This document shows, piece by piece, positions 1 through 13,878 of a stretch of 64,000 nt of DNA (positions are counted from its first letter, which is position 1; every line of letters starts with the position of its first letter). A program made the position numbers and the translations under genes. The stretch comes from Paraspadella gotoi (Eukaryota > Animalia > Chaetognatha), in contig CM119265.1 in assembly GCA_051294375.1 (NCBI GenBank), positions 17,201,172 through 17,265,171 of the forward strand, written 5' to 3'. Below the pieces are notes generated by a model, which worked only from the letters and a program-made list of their open reading frames with translations, did not search any database and was not told where the DNA came from.

Positions 1-292
1 TCAAATCTTTTTTTTTCTTTCTCTCTTCTCATACTCATCATCCACTACATTTTCTTTACTTTTCCTTGTTCGTTTCTGTTCACTGAAGCCAAGACTTGGC
101 CAAGACTTGGCCCAAGTCATAAATAAATAGAGGAGAGTAAATCGAGAAAGATCGACTTGGAAAAAACTTGGAAAAGAGAAAAGTTGAAAAAACCGCAGAA
201 GAGACTCTTTTTTTATTTGTTTTTATTGAATTGAAAACGGAAATTGACGAGGGACGAAGAGTCGGACGAATACGACGACGACGACGACGACG

Positions 293-323
<31 letters not shown>

Positions 324-948
324 AATTCAAATTCAGACGACATTTGAAGTCTTTGGGGACAAACTGGAATAAATAATTAACTTTTTTAATGTATTCGTAG
401 TCAATCTAATTGAAAAGAATTTTTAAGCGCGAGTAGGAAAATAAAACGATATATCGTCATATCGCATGAATACGAAAGCTTTCCAAGAATTAGCGACCGA
501 TTACGAATAATTAGAATATTGTTGATTACAATCATAATAATTGTTTATAATTAGTAGTGAAATATTAGTAAGCTCAGCGACCTTTTCGAATACATCGAAC
601 TAATTCTAATTAATTATCCCGATCACGAGGACGAATTAAAAAAAAAAAAAAAGAAAACCGATCGAAAAAAAGCGTCGCCATTCTTGCCGTTTTTATGTTA
701 CCCTTAAAAATGAAAATTTGAATTTTATGCGCCATAAAACTCTCGTAATCTGGAAGGAAGAGGAAGAAAAAAAAAAAAGCTTGTCCCCTCGACGACGGGT
801 AACTGGGGAATAGGTTGGAGTGAAAGTCGAGGCTGATTGTTGTTATCGTTGCTGCTGTTGTTGTTGTTGCTGACGTCGTCAAGCCGTCTACGACCTGCTT
901 CGCCTTCTGAGTCGATTGTTATTACTAATCATTTCGCGTCCGCCATTT

Positions 949-3183
949 CTACAGCTTGACGAGCCCGAAGCCCTTGGGCTCGAACTGTGGAATCTTTGGA
1001 TCCATCGGCCTTGTCTCTATACCATCTGACAAGATTCTATTTGTTAAAAAGGGACGGGAGGCGTCGGTTTCCATTAAAGCGGCGCGAAAGCTTTGCGTCG
1101 GGTCTTTTAAAAAGCAGCGAGCGAAGAGGGAAACTTGGCGACTCTTGCGCGCGCCCAGCGGCGAGATGAGAAAAAGAGAGGTTCAGGACGTGAGAGAGGT
1201 TGTTAGAGAGGTTGCGAAAAAGTAGCATTGACTAAGTGAGGTCGTCGAATTCTTGACGCCAAGGTTTCCGAGGGACAAAACCGCGTCTCCTCGCCTTGGA
1301 AATTGCTTCTTTTCGGTTCGCTCAGCTTAAAATTATATATATGCGCATGATTATATCCATAAGGGTTAAGCCCCGCGCCCAAAGGAACAACCACACGAAC
1401 ATCGCCACTATACACACACCACGTCACCACCACCACCACCACACTATAACCAGTTCACCACGGTCTCAAGCGGAACTGATCGGCGAACGTGCGATGGTTG
1501 CGCCGCGTTTCGCGCAAAGGAAGGAAAGTGACCGAAGTTCAACGAAGAAAGAGTCGAGCAAAAAAAAAAAGAAAAAGAAAAAGAAAAAAATGGCGGGAAA
1601 AGTCGATATCCGGAAAGGAGAAGCGGAGATGTGGACATTGAACAAAGAGTGAGATGGAATAACGGATTTAGGGTTTTTAACTTTGTTTGCGCGAAAGAAG
1701 GTTAAAGTCAAAGAAAAACATTCAGAGTGAAAAACCAGTTAAGACGTATGTTTGAGCAAGCAATAATTGTATTTTCACTATGGAAAAGCAGTGTATGGAC
1801 AAAAAAAAATACAAAAACTACAATTATTGTTTATACTACTGACAGTGCATGTTATGACTTTTAAAGAAGTTTTGAGCAAACAATGGCGGATACGGCCTCG
1901 ATCATTTAGCGATCATTCCATAGAATTTTATTTCCATCTCAATCACACACTTTTCGATCGATTCAAAATTTTAAGTCAATCCCATTGTCCTTTCAAGAGT
2001 TATCGGCGTTTAAAGCTAAGGGGTGATGGACAAACGGATAGATGGACAGACAAATAGACGGATGGATGAATGGACATTAATTTTTTTTAAATAATTTATC
2101 ATAATTCGATATTCTGACAAGATCTGAGTGAATGACCGACGGACCAAAAAAGTGACTTATCGAGCTGGGATTCGCTATAAGAAGATCCGGCTAAAAATAT
2201 TTTGAGTTCAAAAGAACTTTGACCATAAATATTGAATATCAAGATGTGAAAGTAGAATTTTTCTTTTTGTCTTCGTTGTTGTCGACGTCTTCGTCGTCGT
2301 CGGCCTCACTTTTAAAGGGAATGGAGTCCGCCAGCTTCTGATACAAACTCAAGAAAATCACTCGTTCGGTTGTATTTACTATTTAGCTCAACCGATTACC
2401 GAATACAAACAGACGCGCTGAATATTTTCTGCCAAAAAAAAACGAAAAATTCAGTACCGGTGAAAAAAAATTCACAAGGCAAGCTTAGTTCAATATTTTT
2501 TATTAGCTAATCAGAAGCGGCGATGATGAGCACAATACCCACTCCAAAGTGTTTGGGCCCCAAACGATTCAGCCAAACGATTATGCTAAAAGGATGGGCC
2601 GAACGACCGCGCGGGAAAGGCTTTGATCGACGGGGGATTTCCCTCGACGCTTTTGCCAAAGGCTTCTTTGCCATTCGGTGCCAGACGAAATCCGCGAAAT
2701 TACCCGGGGAGGAACGTCTTGGCGCGCGGACGGACGAGGGGGCGGGGCCGTTCCAGGTTCGGGCCAAGGTTTCCAAGATGGTGGAAATTAGAAAGGACGG
2801 ACAAATGCGAACGTAGGACGGATGGGAATTTTTAGGAGTGGACGGGGGCTTTCGGACGTGGGATTCGCTGACAAAGGAATTTCTGCAATGCGATTTTTTT
2901 TTCTTCCGATAAATGAGATTTCAGACAAAGGGATCGTCTGGAGATTGTCATATGTCACTTGCGAGGTACCGCGATTTCTTTTTGTCCGTGGGCTTCAGAA
3001 AGGATTCTTAACAAAATAAAGTCAGTGAACCTTGTTATTGTTTATTTATATTCCGTCCAGAAACAACATGAAGAAACGAGTCGACGACAACGAAGGTGAG
3101 AATGCATCGCTCTCTCGATGACCATAAATTCCAGGAATCGTTTAATCTGTCGCCGTCGCTCCAAGCAACGTGGAGGTCGTCCG
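949..3183 (-). CDS. Putative 3' exons of an unidentified small gene (3183-3123, 2337-2310, 1025-949): ...GRPPRCLERRRQIKRFLEFM/KLADSIPFK/NGIETRPMDPKIPQFEPKGFGLVKL*
   Basis: Three AG/GT-bounded segments join in phase (2/0/1) without stops. Candidate phase-2 upstream donors lie near 14455, 14602 and 18927. No homolog recognised. Confidence 0.35.
1840..2200. repeat. Interspersed repeat with GGAC/GGAT microsatellite tail (non-autonomous Helitron/HINE-like)
   Basis: ttgagcaaacaatg.cggat and aatcacacacttt...aaaattt.aagtcaatc recur at ~42790 and ~43150-43340. The class assignment is inference. Confidence 0.45.
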
Positions 3184-3256
3184 CTGTAAATTATTGGCGC
3201 AGAATCAAAACCATAAACAATCATCACCTATGCATTGACACGGTCTCAGGCGGCTT

Positions 3257-3263
3257 GAGAGAG

Positions 3264-3352
<89 letters not shown>
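3257..3352. repeat. (GA)n microsatellite (others at ~12141-12500, 15240-15300, 16520-16610)
   Basis: Seen directly. Confidence 0.95.
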
Positions 3353-3355
<3 letters not shown>

Positions 3356-4281
3356 TTTAGGTGGGAAGGAAAAGATGCCATGGAACAACTACAAGTACAA
3401 AAGATTTACCATGGAGAGGCAATAAAAAGAAAATGAGACAAACGGTCACAGTGACAAAGAGAGAACAAAAAGAGAGAAAGATCACCGAGATTGATGATTC
3501 GCTTAGATAAAAAAGTAATTCGTTTCGGGTGTCTAGTAAAAGTGGACGTAAAATGTAATTGTAAATATAAAAGACTTAAATAATCATCTGAATTGTTTTC
3601 AGTTTTTTTCAAACGTGAAAATATAATCACATTTTCTTCGACGCCATTTAATCGCCATTTCCTGCGCACACGGCGCAATTACGGAAAGGAAGTACATTTT
3701 TAAAGGTGATCTGAATTTTAAATCTTCGCAAACAAGGGTTCCCGCTCCTTAAAGAATAATTAACGCTGGCGGAATCTATTATTTCGCGCGGTCGATTTGC
3801 CTATCGAATCCCGGTCTCTAGTATCTCTCTCGCCAAAGCGAAATCCCTTTCTTTCCATTTCGTTGGCTAAAAAACTTCCTGCTGTTTTTTTTTGTTGCGG
3901 TTTTTAAAATGGATTTATTCGTGAAGCAACGAGGGATTCAAAAGTAATTCCATCGCTTCCGATTAGATTCAAACAAACGAACACTGGTTTTGTAATTTCG
4001 GGAAAAAACTTTCGTAATTAAAAACTTAAATCATTTCATTTATTCTAAGTATAACGAACAACGTTCTATTATTATTTTTATGGCATAAAACCAGTCCAGA
4101 TGGTAGAGGTTTTTTTTAAACATCAATCCATAGGAGACAAGGAGATAAAAATGAAATGAAATTAAAATGACTTTTTCCGTCATCGGTCAACGGGGTGACC
4201 CTTCGTTTTAAGATACCCCTCATTGTTTGGGCGACTTTTCCAAAAAAATTCAAATCATGAGAATCTTCGTTCAAGGCAGAC

Positions 4282-7200
4282 ATGACACTTTCATTTTGCG
4301 TTTTCGTCATCGTCTTCGCTTTACAAAACTGGAACGTCAAACTCGTAGGTTTGTCCCTTTCTCGCCTGTATTGAAACAGTTGAATATGAACAATTCATTC
4401 ATTCATTCATTCATCCCGCCTTTTTTTTTTGAATATTCATATTCCTATTCAGACGCGCTCGGCGTGACCTGCGACCAGTGCGTCCCTGAGGCTACTTGCG
4501 TGGGCCCGACCGGCTTCAAGTCGTGCAAATGCGGGCCGGGCTACGAGGGCAGCGGAATCTCCGGGGCGGGCGGATGTCAGGACATCAACGAATGTCTGAC
4601 GGCCAACGGAGATTGCGATTCCATCGCCAACTGCGAAAACATCATCGGCGGACGGTGACCCAACGATTTTAGCGTTTATTTCGGGATCTGAACTGAGAAT
4701 GTATGGGAAATTATCTAAACTGGGAAAATATGGGAAATATGGGAAAATATGGGAAAATATGGGAAATTATGGGAAATATGGGAAAATATGGGAAAATATG
4801 GGAAAATATGGGAAATTATGGGAAAATATGGGAAAATATCTAAACTGAGAATGTATGGGAAATTGGTTATGAAATTGGTTATGACCGTTTATGACCGTTT
4901 ATGACCGTTTATTTCGGAATCTGAACTGAGAATGAATGGGAAATTGGTCGCCCAAATGCGAGTTAAAACAGACAGACATACGGACAAACAGAAGACTGAC
5001 TTTTTAACCGTCGATAAATGGTGACAGCCGGGTTGCCTGTGATGCCAATTGGGATGGAGCATCTCACTGTTGGCTTTAGCGGCTACCGACCCTCAGTGAA
5101 GCCTCCTGTCACTGGCGCGGTTACCGTTTTTCCAACGAAGAGGGAAGTCGTTAGGACTGTAGATGGAACGTAACTCTTGGGATGGTGCTTTCCCCTTCTG
5201 AGCCAATGGGATTGGCTGAACGATGGTGGATATGAGGCGGTGTGAATATGAATATTAACCGCCACAATAGTAAAATATTTTATATCCCTTTACTCTTAAC
5301 AGAAACTGCATCTGTCCCACCGGCTACGAGGGAGACGGAGTGGGTGCCGGCGGATGCGTTGATATCGACGAGTGTCTGACGGACAACGGCGGATGCAGTC
5401 CAAAGGTCATCTAATCTATGTAGTTTTTCAGAGAATAAAAATTTAATAATAATAAAAATTTCAATAAATAACATTATTTTTTAAACTTTCTTTTTCCTTA
5501 AGGCAAGACCAAAAACAATACAAATTCAAAGTCATCTAGTCTATTTTATGTAATAAATAGCAATTATATATTATATTAACTTACGAATCCAGGCGACGTG
5601 CGAAAATATTCCCGGCTCTAGAACTTGCACCTGCATCGCGGGGTGGGAGGGTGAAGGCTCGGGACCCGGTGGCTGCGTCGACATCAACGAATGTCTCGCC
5701 GTCAACGGAGGATGTGACTCCATCGCCGCCTGCGTGAACACTCCGGGCTCGAGGTGCTCCCCTGATAACATTTCAGATCGATGCAATGTTTAAAAAATAA
5801 TAATTGAGCGCAGTGATTTCTTTTGATTTCTAATCGAATCGGAAGTCGAAACATAATTTATGTCATAAATCATGAAAACATTAGCAAAAAAAAGGTTTAT
5901 AAAATTTTTTTTTGGCAAATTTTTAACATTGATTCGTATTTAAACATAGAGTAATGTAATAGAATTATAAATTTTAAGAATCATTGAAAAAAGTTTTTTT
6001 TTGGAAAAATTTCGTCTTTTCGTTTGGAAGCTCAAATAGTTGAGGCGAAAACGACGACGACAACGAAGACGACGACGATGTCTTTCCAAAAACTGATGTT
6101 TTATGATGAAAATTAATTTTAAATCATAATTTTAAAGTTTTTTTTTTAATTTTGAATTCATAACTTAATGAAAGAATATATTTAAAAAGCTGAATGTTTA
6201 AAGTGTCTTATTAAAATGCTAGTTCACACGCTACTTTAAATTAACATTTATGACAAAAATTATTCGTAACTTTTTTAATCTACATACATTATTGAAACTT
6301 AATGAAAAATTATTTTACAGAGACTGTAGCTGTCCGTCAGGCTACACCGGCGACGGCGTTGGCGACGGCGGTTGCGTGGATATTGACGAATGCCCGACAG
6401 ACAATGGGGGATGCAACGAAAACGCCGCCTGCGAGAATACACCAGGCAGTCGCAATTGTGCCTGTAACAAGGGTTACCAAGGCAACGGCATCGGGCTGGA
6501 CGGGTGCCTCGACATAAACGAGTGCGACACCAATGAAGGCGGTTGCAATATGAACGGCATCTGTATCAACACGCCAGGATCGAGAGATTGCAAATGCAAC
6601 TCTGGCTATTCGGGAGACGGTGTAGGGCCTGGGGGTTGCGTAGACATCGACGAGTGTAAAACCGACAACGGTGGATGTCACGCGGACGCCGCGTGCACAA
6701 ACACGCCGGGATCCCGAACCTGCGCATGCAATCGTGGCTACGAGGGCGACGGGATAGGACCCACGGGCTGCACGGACATTGATGAGTGTCTCATTAACCA
6801 CGGGGGATGTCACGGAAAGGCCGCCTGCGTCAATACTAAAGGTTCTCGGGAATGTAACTGCATAGCCGGTTATGAAGGCATTGGGATTGGCCGAGATGGT
6901 TGTCTCGATATTAATGAGTGTGACACCGACAACGGTGGCTGCAATGAATGGGCTTTGTGCACCAACACGGAAGGTTCTCGAGATTGCGCTTGCAACGCTG
7001 GCTTTTTGGGAAACGGTATTGGCAGCGGAGGATGCACCGACGTTAACGAATGCGAAACAGAAAATGGTGGATGCCACATCAATGCCGACTGCACCAATGT
7101 TCCTGGGTCGAGAGAATGCGCCTGCAAGGTTGGTTGGGTCGGCAGCGGTGTCGGTTTATATGGGTGCGCCGATGTGGACGAATGTTTGGTAGAGAGAGGA

Positions 7201-9581
7201 GGTTGCCACGATCTGGCCGAATGCGTGAACACTCTCGGTTCCAGGGATTGCAATTGTCCTAGCGGATATTTGGGCGATGGAGTCAAAAGTCAAACTGGAT
7301 GCAACGACATTGACGAATGCGCGATCAGCAATGGTGGTTGCAACTTTTTTGCTGCTTGCGTTAACACTCCGGGATCCCGAGATTGCAACTGCAAAGAAGG
7401 TTACATTGGGGCGGGAGTTGGACCACTTGGTTGCATAGATGCCGATGAATGCTTAAAGGACAATGGAGGTTGCCATGAAAAAGCCACATGTAAAAACGGT
7501 CAGGGAGGAAGAAGCTGCACCTGTATTGATGGTTACAGCGGACCTGGCGAGGGGGAAAATGGTTGTGTGGATGTGGACGAGTGTCAAACAGACAATGGAG
7601 GTTGTCACCCTAAGGCTGAGTGTATTAACACCCAAGGTTCACGTGAATGTTCTTGTCAATCTGGCTACCTCGGCAATGGTATAGGAGAGTACGGTTGCAT
7701 AGACGTTAATGAATGCACGGTAGCCAATGGAGGATGCAATGACAACGCATTGTGTGAAAATGCCCCGGGAAATAGAATATGCACCTGTTTAGCGGGTTAC
7801 GAAGGAGACGGCATTGGACCTGAGGGTTGCAAGGATGTTGATGAATGTGCGACTGAGAATGGTGGCTGCAATAAAAATGCTGTTTGCATCAATTCCATTG
7901 GAACCAGAACCTGCAAATGCAATGCGGGCTTTGAAGGAGATGGAATCGGTTTTAGTGGCTGCAGTGACATCAACGAATGTCTTGTCAACAAAGGAGGTTG
8001 CAATGTCTATGCAGAATGTCAGAACACTGAAGGTTCTCGCGATTGCATTTGCCCAAGCGGATTTACTGGCGATGGCGTCGGCGAGGAAGGTTGTCTCGAC
8101 ATTGATGAGTGCGCTACAGACAATGGAGGATGTGACTATAGAGCCACATGTACAAACTCAGTCGGAACAAGAACCTGCACTTGTGGTGAAGGCTTTGTAG
8201 GGACTGGCGTTGGCAATGAAACTGGCTGCGCGGATGTGGATGAATGCCTTGACCAAAACGGAGGTTGTCACGCAGAGGCCTCTTGCAAGAATCTAGCTGG
8301 GTCCAGGACCTGCACCTGTAAAGAGGGTTTTGTAGGAGATGGAGTCGGTGTCTTTGGCTGTGTTGATGTGGACGAATGCAGACGAGACAACGGAGGTTGC
8401 CAACAATTGGCAACGTGCTCTAATATATGGGGCGGGAGAACTTGCACTTGCCCCGAGGGTTACGAGGGAAATGGTGTTGGGGAGGATGGCTGCAAAGACA
8501 TTGACGATTGCCTGAAACACAATGGAGGATGCAACAAAAACGCGGATTGCACCAACACTCCGGGTTCCAGGGATTGCGCCTGTAAACCGGGATTCGTCGG
8601 GAATGGAATTGGCTTCACTGGCTGCGTAGACGCCAACGAGTGCGAGGATGAAAATGGTGGATGCAGCGATCGAGCTCTTTGCGTAAACGAGGTCGGGTCG
8701 AGACTCTGCAAATGTGAAGAGGGATACGTCGGCGACGGAGTTGGTCCCGAGGGATGTCAAGACGTCGACGAGTGTGAAAAGGATAACGGAGGCTGCCACT
8801 CCAAAGCCGAGTGCACGAACGCGGTGGGAACTAGAGAATGCGCCTGTTTGCCCGGCTACTCGGGCAACGGAGTCGGGCCTTTCGGCTGTTTTGACGTGGA
8901 TGAATGCGCCGTAAACAACGGAGGTTGTCATGCACGCGCCGTGTGCAAGAATCTAGAAGGATCGAGGAAATGCACTTGCGAGGTCGGCTTCGAGGGAGAC
9001 GGAGTGGGAGAATCTGGCTGCGTCGACGTGGACGAGTGCGCGACCGATAACGGGGGATGCCACTCGAACGCCACGTGCGTCAACGTCCCCGCATCGAGAG
9101 AATGTACCTGCATCGACGGCTTTTTCGGCGACGGCGTCGGCAAATTGGGATGTCATGATATTGACGAGTGCGCCATCGACAATGGCGGATGCCACGCAGA
9201 TGCCGGCTGCGACAATCTTCTCGGAAGTCGCGAATGTAGATGCAAGGCCGGTTACTATGGCGACGGCGTCGGAATTTATGGATGTCGAGACGTCGATGAG
9301 TGCGAGGAAAACAACGGGAATTGCTCCGACGTTGCAATTTGTGACAATGTGAGTTATGGTTTGGAAACAACAGAAGAAGATGGAGCGAAAATAGTCAAAA
9401 GTCAAAAAGATGAGAAAAAAGGAGGACGTAAGAAAAAGAGAAAGAAAACAAAGACAGAAAAAAAAGAGGGGAAAAAAGAATAAGGGGAAAAGGATGAAAA
9501 TAGAAAAAAAGAAAAAAAAAACAAATGAAAAAATGAGGGAAATAAAAAAGATATAAATTAATTAATTAATTAATTAATTAA

Positions 9582-9641
<60 letters not shown>

Positions 9642-9669
9642 ATCAATCAATCAATCAATAAAATATATA

Positions 9670-9704
<35 letters not shown>

Positions 9705-11259
9705 AAATCAATAAATCAATAAATAAATCAGTAAATGGAGGGGGAGACTAAGTGATTTATGCATCCTAAAAAACAACCGTGAATTTTAATGCCTCTTTCA
9801 GATACCGGGAAGCAGAACTTGCCAATGCAAGGATGGATACAGCGGTGACGGCGTTGGCGTCGACGGTTGTGCCGACATCGACGAATGCAAACGCGGCAAC
9901 GGAGGTTGTCACAAAGACGCCCTGTGCGCCAATTTACCCGGAAGCCACGAATGCGCATGCGCGGCGGGATTCCTGGGAAACGGAATCGGAACGACCGGAT
10001 GCATCGACGTCGACGAATGCGCGAACAAAAACGGTGGGTGCAACGCGCACGCGATTTGCCGGAACACGCCCGGATCGAGAACGTGCGCGTGCGGAGAAGG
10101 ATTCGAGGGAGACGGCGTCGGCGTCGAAGGCTGCGTCGATGTCGATGAATGTCTCCAAGACAACGGAGGATGCAACGAAAACGCAGAGTGCATCAACACG
10201 CCGGGCTCTAGGTCGATGGACGATCGTAGAATATAAATATTTAATTATTAATCCTTAATCTTTTTCAGTAATATTATTAATCCATAATCTGGCTCGACGA
10301 TTAACGCTTTACCCTTTCGTTTCCAGAGAGTGCAAATGTGGATCCGGATTTGAAGGCGACGGCCGAGGATACTTTGGCTGCATCGACGTGGATGAATGCG
10401 AGGTTAACAACGGCGGTTGCAGTCCTAACGCAAATTGCATCAATCTGGAAGGCTCCCGAAATTGCAGCTGCCTCGATGGTTACGCCGGCGATGGCGTGGG
10501 GGAGTTGGGTAATTCAGTTTTATAGCATCAGTGAAAATAATTAAAAATCATTGATCAATGATCATGTCCGATTTTCATTAAGGTTGCGATGATATCGACG
10601 AATGTGCAGAAAACAACGGCGGGTGCCACATCAACGCCACCTGCAATAATGTTTCTGGTTTGCAAAATTGCGCTAAATAGTATTTAAATGTAGTGTATTA
10701 CCCTCAATATCTACATGGATAAAATATGAAAAGAAAAACTGTTTGAATCCGTTAAAACAAATTCGTTCTCACGACGAAACGATATCAGGATCTCGCACCT
10801 GCGCCTGCGCTCCCGGTTTCCATGGCGACGGCGCCATTTGCGTCGACGTTGACGAATGCTCTGGCACCGCCACCGCTGGGTGTCACGATTCCGCCGCGTG
10901 CGTCAATCTCGAAGGAACTTACAAGTGAGCTCGATGAAATAACTTTATTTTAAGATGAAAAGTAGAATAAGTTTAATAATTATATTGTTACCCATAACAA
11001 TATTCTACATAAACCTTTTCTACAAGATGCGAATGCCCCCCGGGTTACGGAGGCGACGGGATCGGGCCGCTCGGCTGCCTCGACCGGGACGAATGCGCCG
11101 CGGAGAACGGCGGGTGTCATCCAGATGCCATCTGCGTCAATGTCCCTGGATCTAGGACGTGCGCCTGCGTGACGGGATTCGATGGCGACGGCATCGGACC
11201 CAACGGATGCACGCGTGAGCGAAATATTATTATTGTTATTGTTATTATTATTATTATTA

Positions 11260-11303
<44 letters not shown>

Positions 11304-12138
11304 GTTATTATTATTCAGTTTTATTGTTACCTTGGTTGAAACTTGAATTTGACTACAATTTTTAGACATTTTTTTTGTTTTTACATTTAAATTTACTTTA
11401 ATATTCGCACATAGATTTTTCTGCCTATGATTGCAACAAATACAAGACGAACCAATGCGCGCACGGCGACTGTTACCTTCTGAATCTTGACGACAGAAAG
11501 GACGACCTCGACGAAAACCTCAAATACGACATGGGATGCCCCGTTTCCAAAAGGTTCCGAGAAAATGATCGATTCTCGTCTCAAAGAACTGTCATAAATT
11601 TTGAATTTTTTTTGGTTTTTTTTCCAAGGTTTGTCTGTCTGTGTCATTCAGGCTACAGAAGCGGAAACTGCTCGACGGAGAGGTTTTGCAACCTGGTTAT
11701 TGACAGGTAAGATTTCTAGTTTGGACGCCGACCTCCTCTAATTTATACTTTAGAGCGAAATTCATTGTTGAGAATAGATGTCGAGAATCCCGACCATGTC
11801 GCAACGGCGGGAAATGCATCACGACCGGCCCGGGGACATTTAAATGCCTCTGCTCAAAATTTTGGACGGGAGTGGTAAGTTTTAAGATATTGATATATCT
11901 TTTCGTTTAATTAAAATTGGCCAACTAATCACCCAAGGTTTGCGGCATCGACATCAACGAATGCGCCGACACGAAAAACTACCCTTGTCGAAACGGGGGC
12001 ATCTGCATCAATCAGGTGGCGCGAAAGTACAACCCCAGAGGATACAGGTGGATAGAAGACGAATGGGAATTGACTTGGGACTCAGGTGGGGCCTTGTATG
12101 TAGAGGTGATAGGTAGGGAGGAGGGAGGAAGGAGGGAG

Positions 12139-12216
<78 letters not shown>

Positions 12217-12269
12217 GAAATATTGAAAGCAAAAGTGAGTTTTGAGAAAATTATTACTCATTTCATATA

Positions 12270-12349
<80 letters not shown>

Positions 12350-12403
12350 GAAGAGAAAGGAAAGAAAGGAAAGAAAGAGAGGGAGAGAGAGAGAAGAAAG
12401 AAA

Positions 12404-12492
<89 letters not shown>

Positions 12493-12909
12493 AGAGAGAG
12501 GTGAAAGTCAAATGAAATCGAAAGGTGGAATACGGGAGGTCGGAAGGAGGCCATTTCAACGAGGGTGGAATTTTGAAGTTGGAAAGCCTCGAGAGGAATT
12601 TCCCTTCGGTGTCGACTTCCTGTCACGAAGAAGACGATTGACGAATTTCTTCGCCGACGAAAAGGACGACGACGACGAAAACGACGAAAACGACGATTCT
12701 TGTCTCAGGTGCAAATGTCCGGACGGCGTGATAGGAGAAGATTGCGAGATCGTAACGATTCCGTGTCCCGGAGAACCGAAAATCTACACGGGTAAGTTTC
12801 TCAATATAGTTATTAGTTAAGGCAGTTCTATCAGTTTATCTCAGCCAGCGTCAGTTTGCGAAATGATATCTCTTTTTCTTTCATTTCCCCCTTACCTCCA
12901 ATTCCTTGT

Positions 12910-12948
<39 letters not shown>

Positions 12949-13878
12949 CTTTTTCCGACAGAGGGCACGGAAGTGAAGTGTCGCCCGGTCCCTCGCTCAG
13001 ATGATGGAGGGCAGACCTACAAGCCAGGAATTTTCCCGGTGCCTTTGGATTTCGAGGTTAGTAAGAAAATATACGCGAGTGACGTTGGGGAATTTTCTAT
13101 TAAAGTTCTGTATATGGTTAAAGAATACGATGTAAATACGGAAACTTTGTTTTTCAATAATTCAATTATAGAAACAAATTTTATTCGTACATTTTTGAAT
13201 ATTAATAAATGACTATTAAAATACTCATAAAACCAGGGCACTAACACTAAAGCTTGGGGCGTGAGAAGCATGACGAAGTGTCGTCCGATTGCCCCACGTC
13301 TTCCGCATCCCGTCACCTTTCGCGGCTACACTTGCGACTGTGACATCGGTATGTCAATCTTGAAGAAAACGAAAAAATTTCTGTATGATGTTTCGCGTTG
13401 CTGCAACTTCAGGTTGCAGTAGCTTCACTATAGATTATCTATAGATTATCTATTCGATCAGCGTGTATAAAATATATTAACTTTTATATTTACATATATC
13501 TATGCGTATCATACGTCCACGCTATAAATATCAGGCTGATGTGAATGCTTTCTATCTTCGAACAGGCTGGGGAGGGCTTGAGTGCGATTCTAGACGCGGA
13601 GTCTGTAGCGACTTTCGGGATGAACGCCGATGCGGAAAAAATGGCGGATGCGTCAGCAGTTCGAGAAACTATGGCTTCTTCAAGTAAACTCAGCTAAGCA
13701 TACTTATTATCTTCTGTTTATTGAAAATTTTTTAGCCTAAAAATTGTTACAAATGTTCTACGAAACTTATATTTATTAACCTAGGTGCATCTGTGATGAT
13801 GGCTACGTCAACAGAAAAAGCGACGTCATCCGAAATATTTGGTGCAGCGTAAAAATGGATTCAACACTTTTACCATAA
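4282..13878 (+). CDS. Secreted multi-EGF (fibrillin/cubilin-EGF-like) protein, ~1825 aa, 19 exons: 4282-4348, 4453-4654, 5303-5405, 5593-5753, 6321-9348, 9802-10211, 10327-10508, 10583-10657, 10789-10924, 11027-11214, 11415-11553, 11629-11706, 11778-11874, 11938-12047, 12709-12791, 12962-13056, 13237-13348, 13566-13683, 13785-13878
   Basis: Signal peptide [24 protein letters not shown]; ~34 tandem 44-aa DIDEC..NGGC..C.N..GSR.C.C..G..GDG.G..GC repeats plus ~5 atypical C-terminal EGFs. All junctions are GT-AG and phase-consistent (5478 nt). No TM segment. Confidence 0.9.
4703..4910. repeat. Intronic minisatellite (TGGGAAAATA)n and short 10-mers
   Basis: About 13 copies of a 10-bp unit seen directly. 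Confidence 0.9.
5018..5266 (-). mobile_element. Solo-LTR-like element, family B, with deleted twister ribozyme (5070-5136)
   Basis: Minus strand starts TGTGGCGG after CTAT. Shares its body with 56312-56470 and its 3' part with 46660-46766. Retains TAA-CCGC-GC, P3 and P4/L4 (TCGGTAGC) but lacks the P2'-GA-T1 strand. Confidence 0.6.
9556..9730. repeat. (TAAT)n/(TAAA)n/(TCAA)n simple repeats; (TAT)n at 11225-11315
   Basis: Seen directly. Confidence 0.9.

Noticed and set aside
4703-4910. CRISPR-like array
   Set aside because: Spacerless 10-bp minisatellite in a eukaryotic intron.
6337-9405. Long antisense and alternate-frame ORFs over the EGF exon
   Set aside because: Shadows of repetitive coding sequence.
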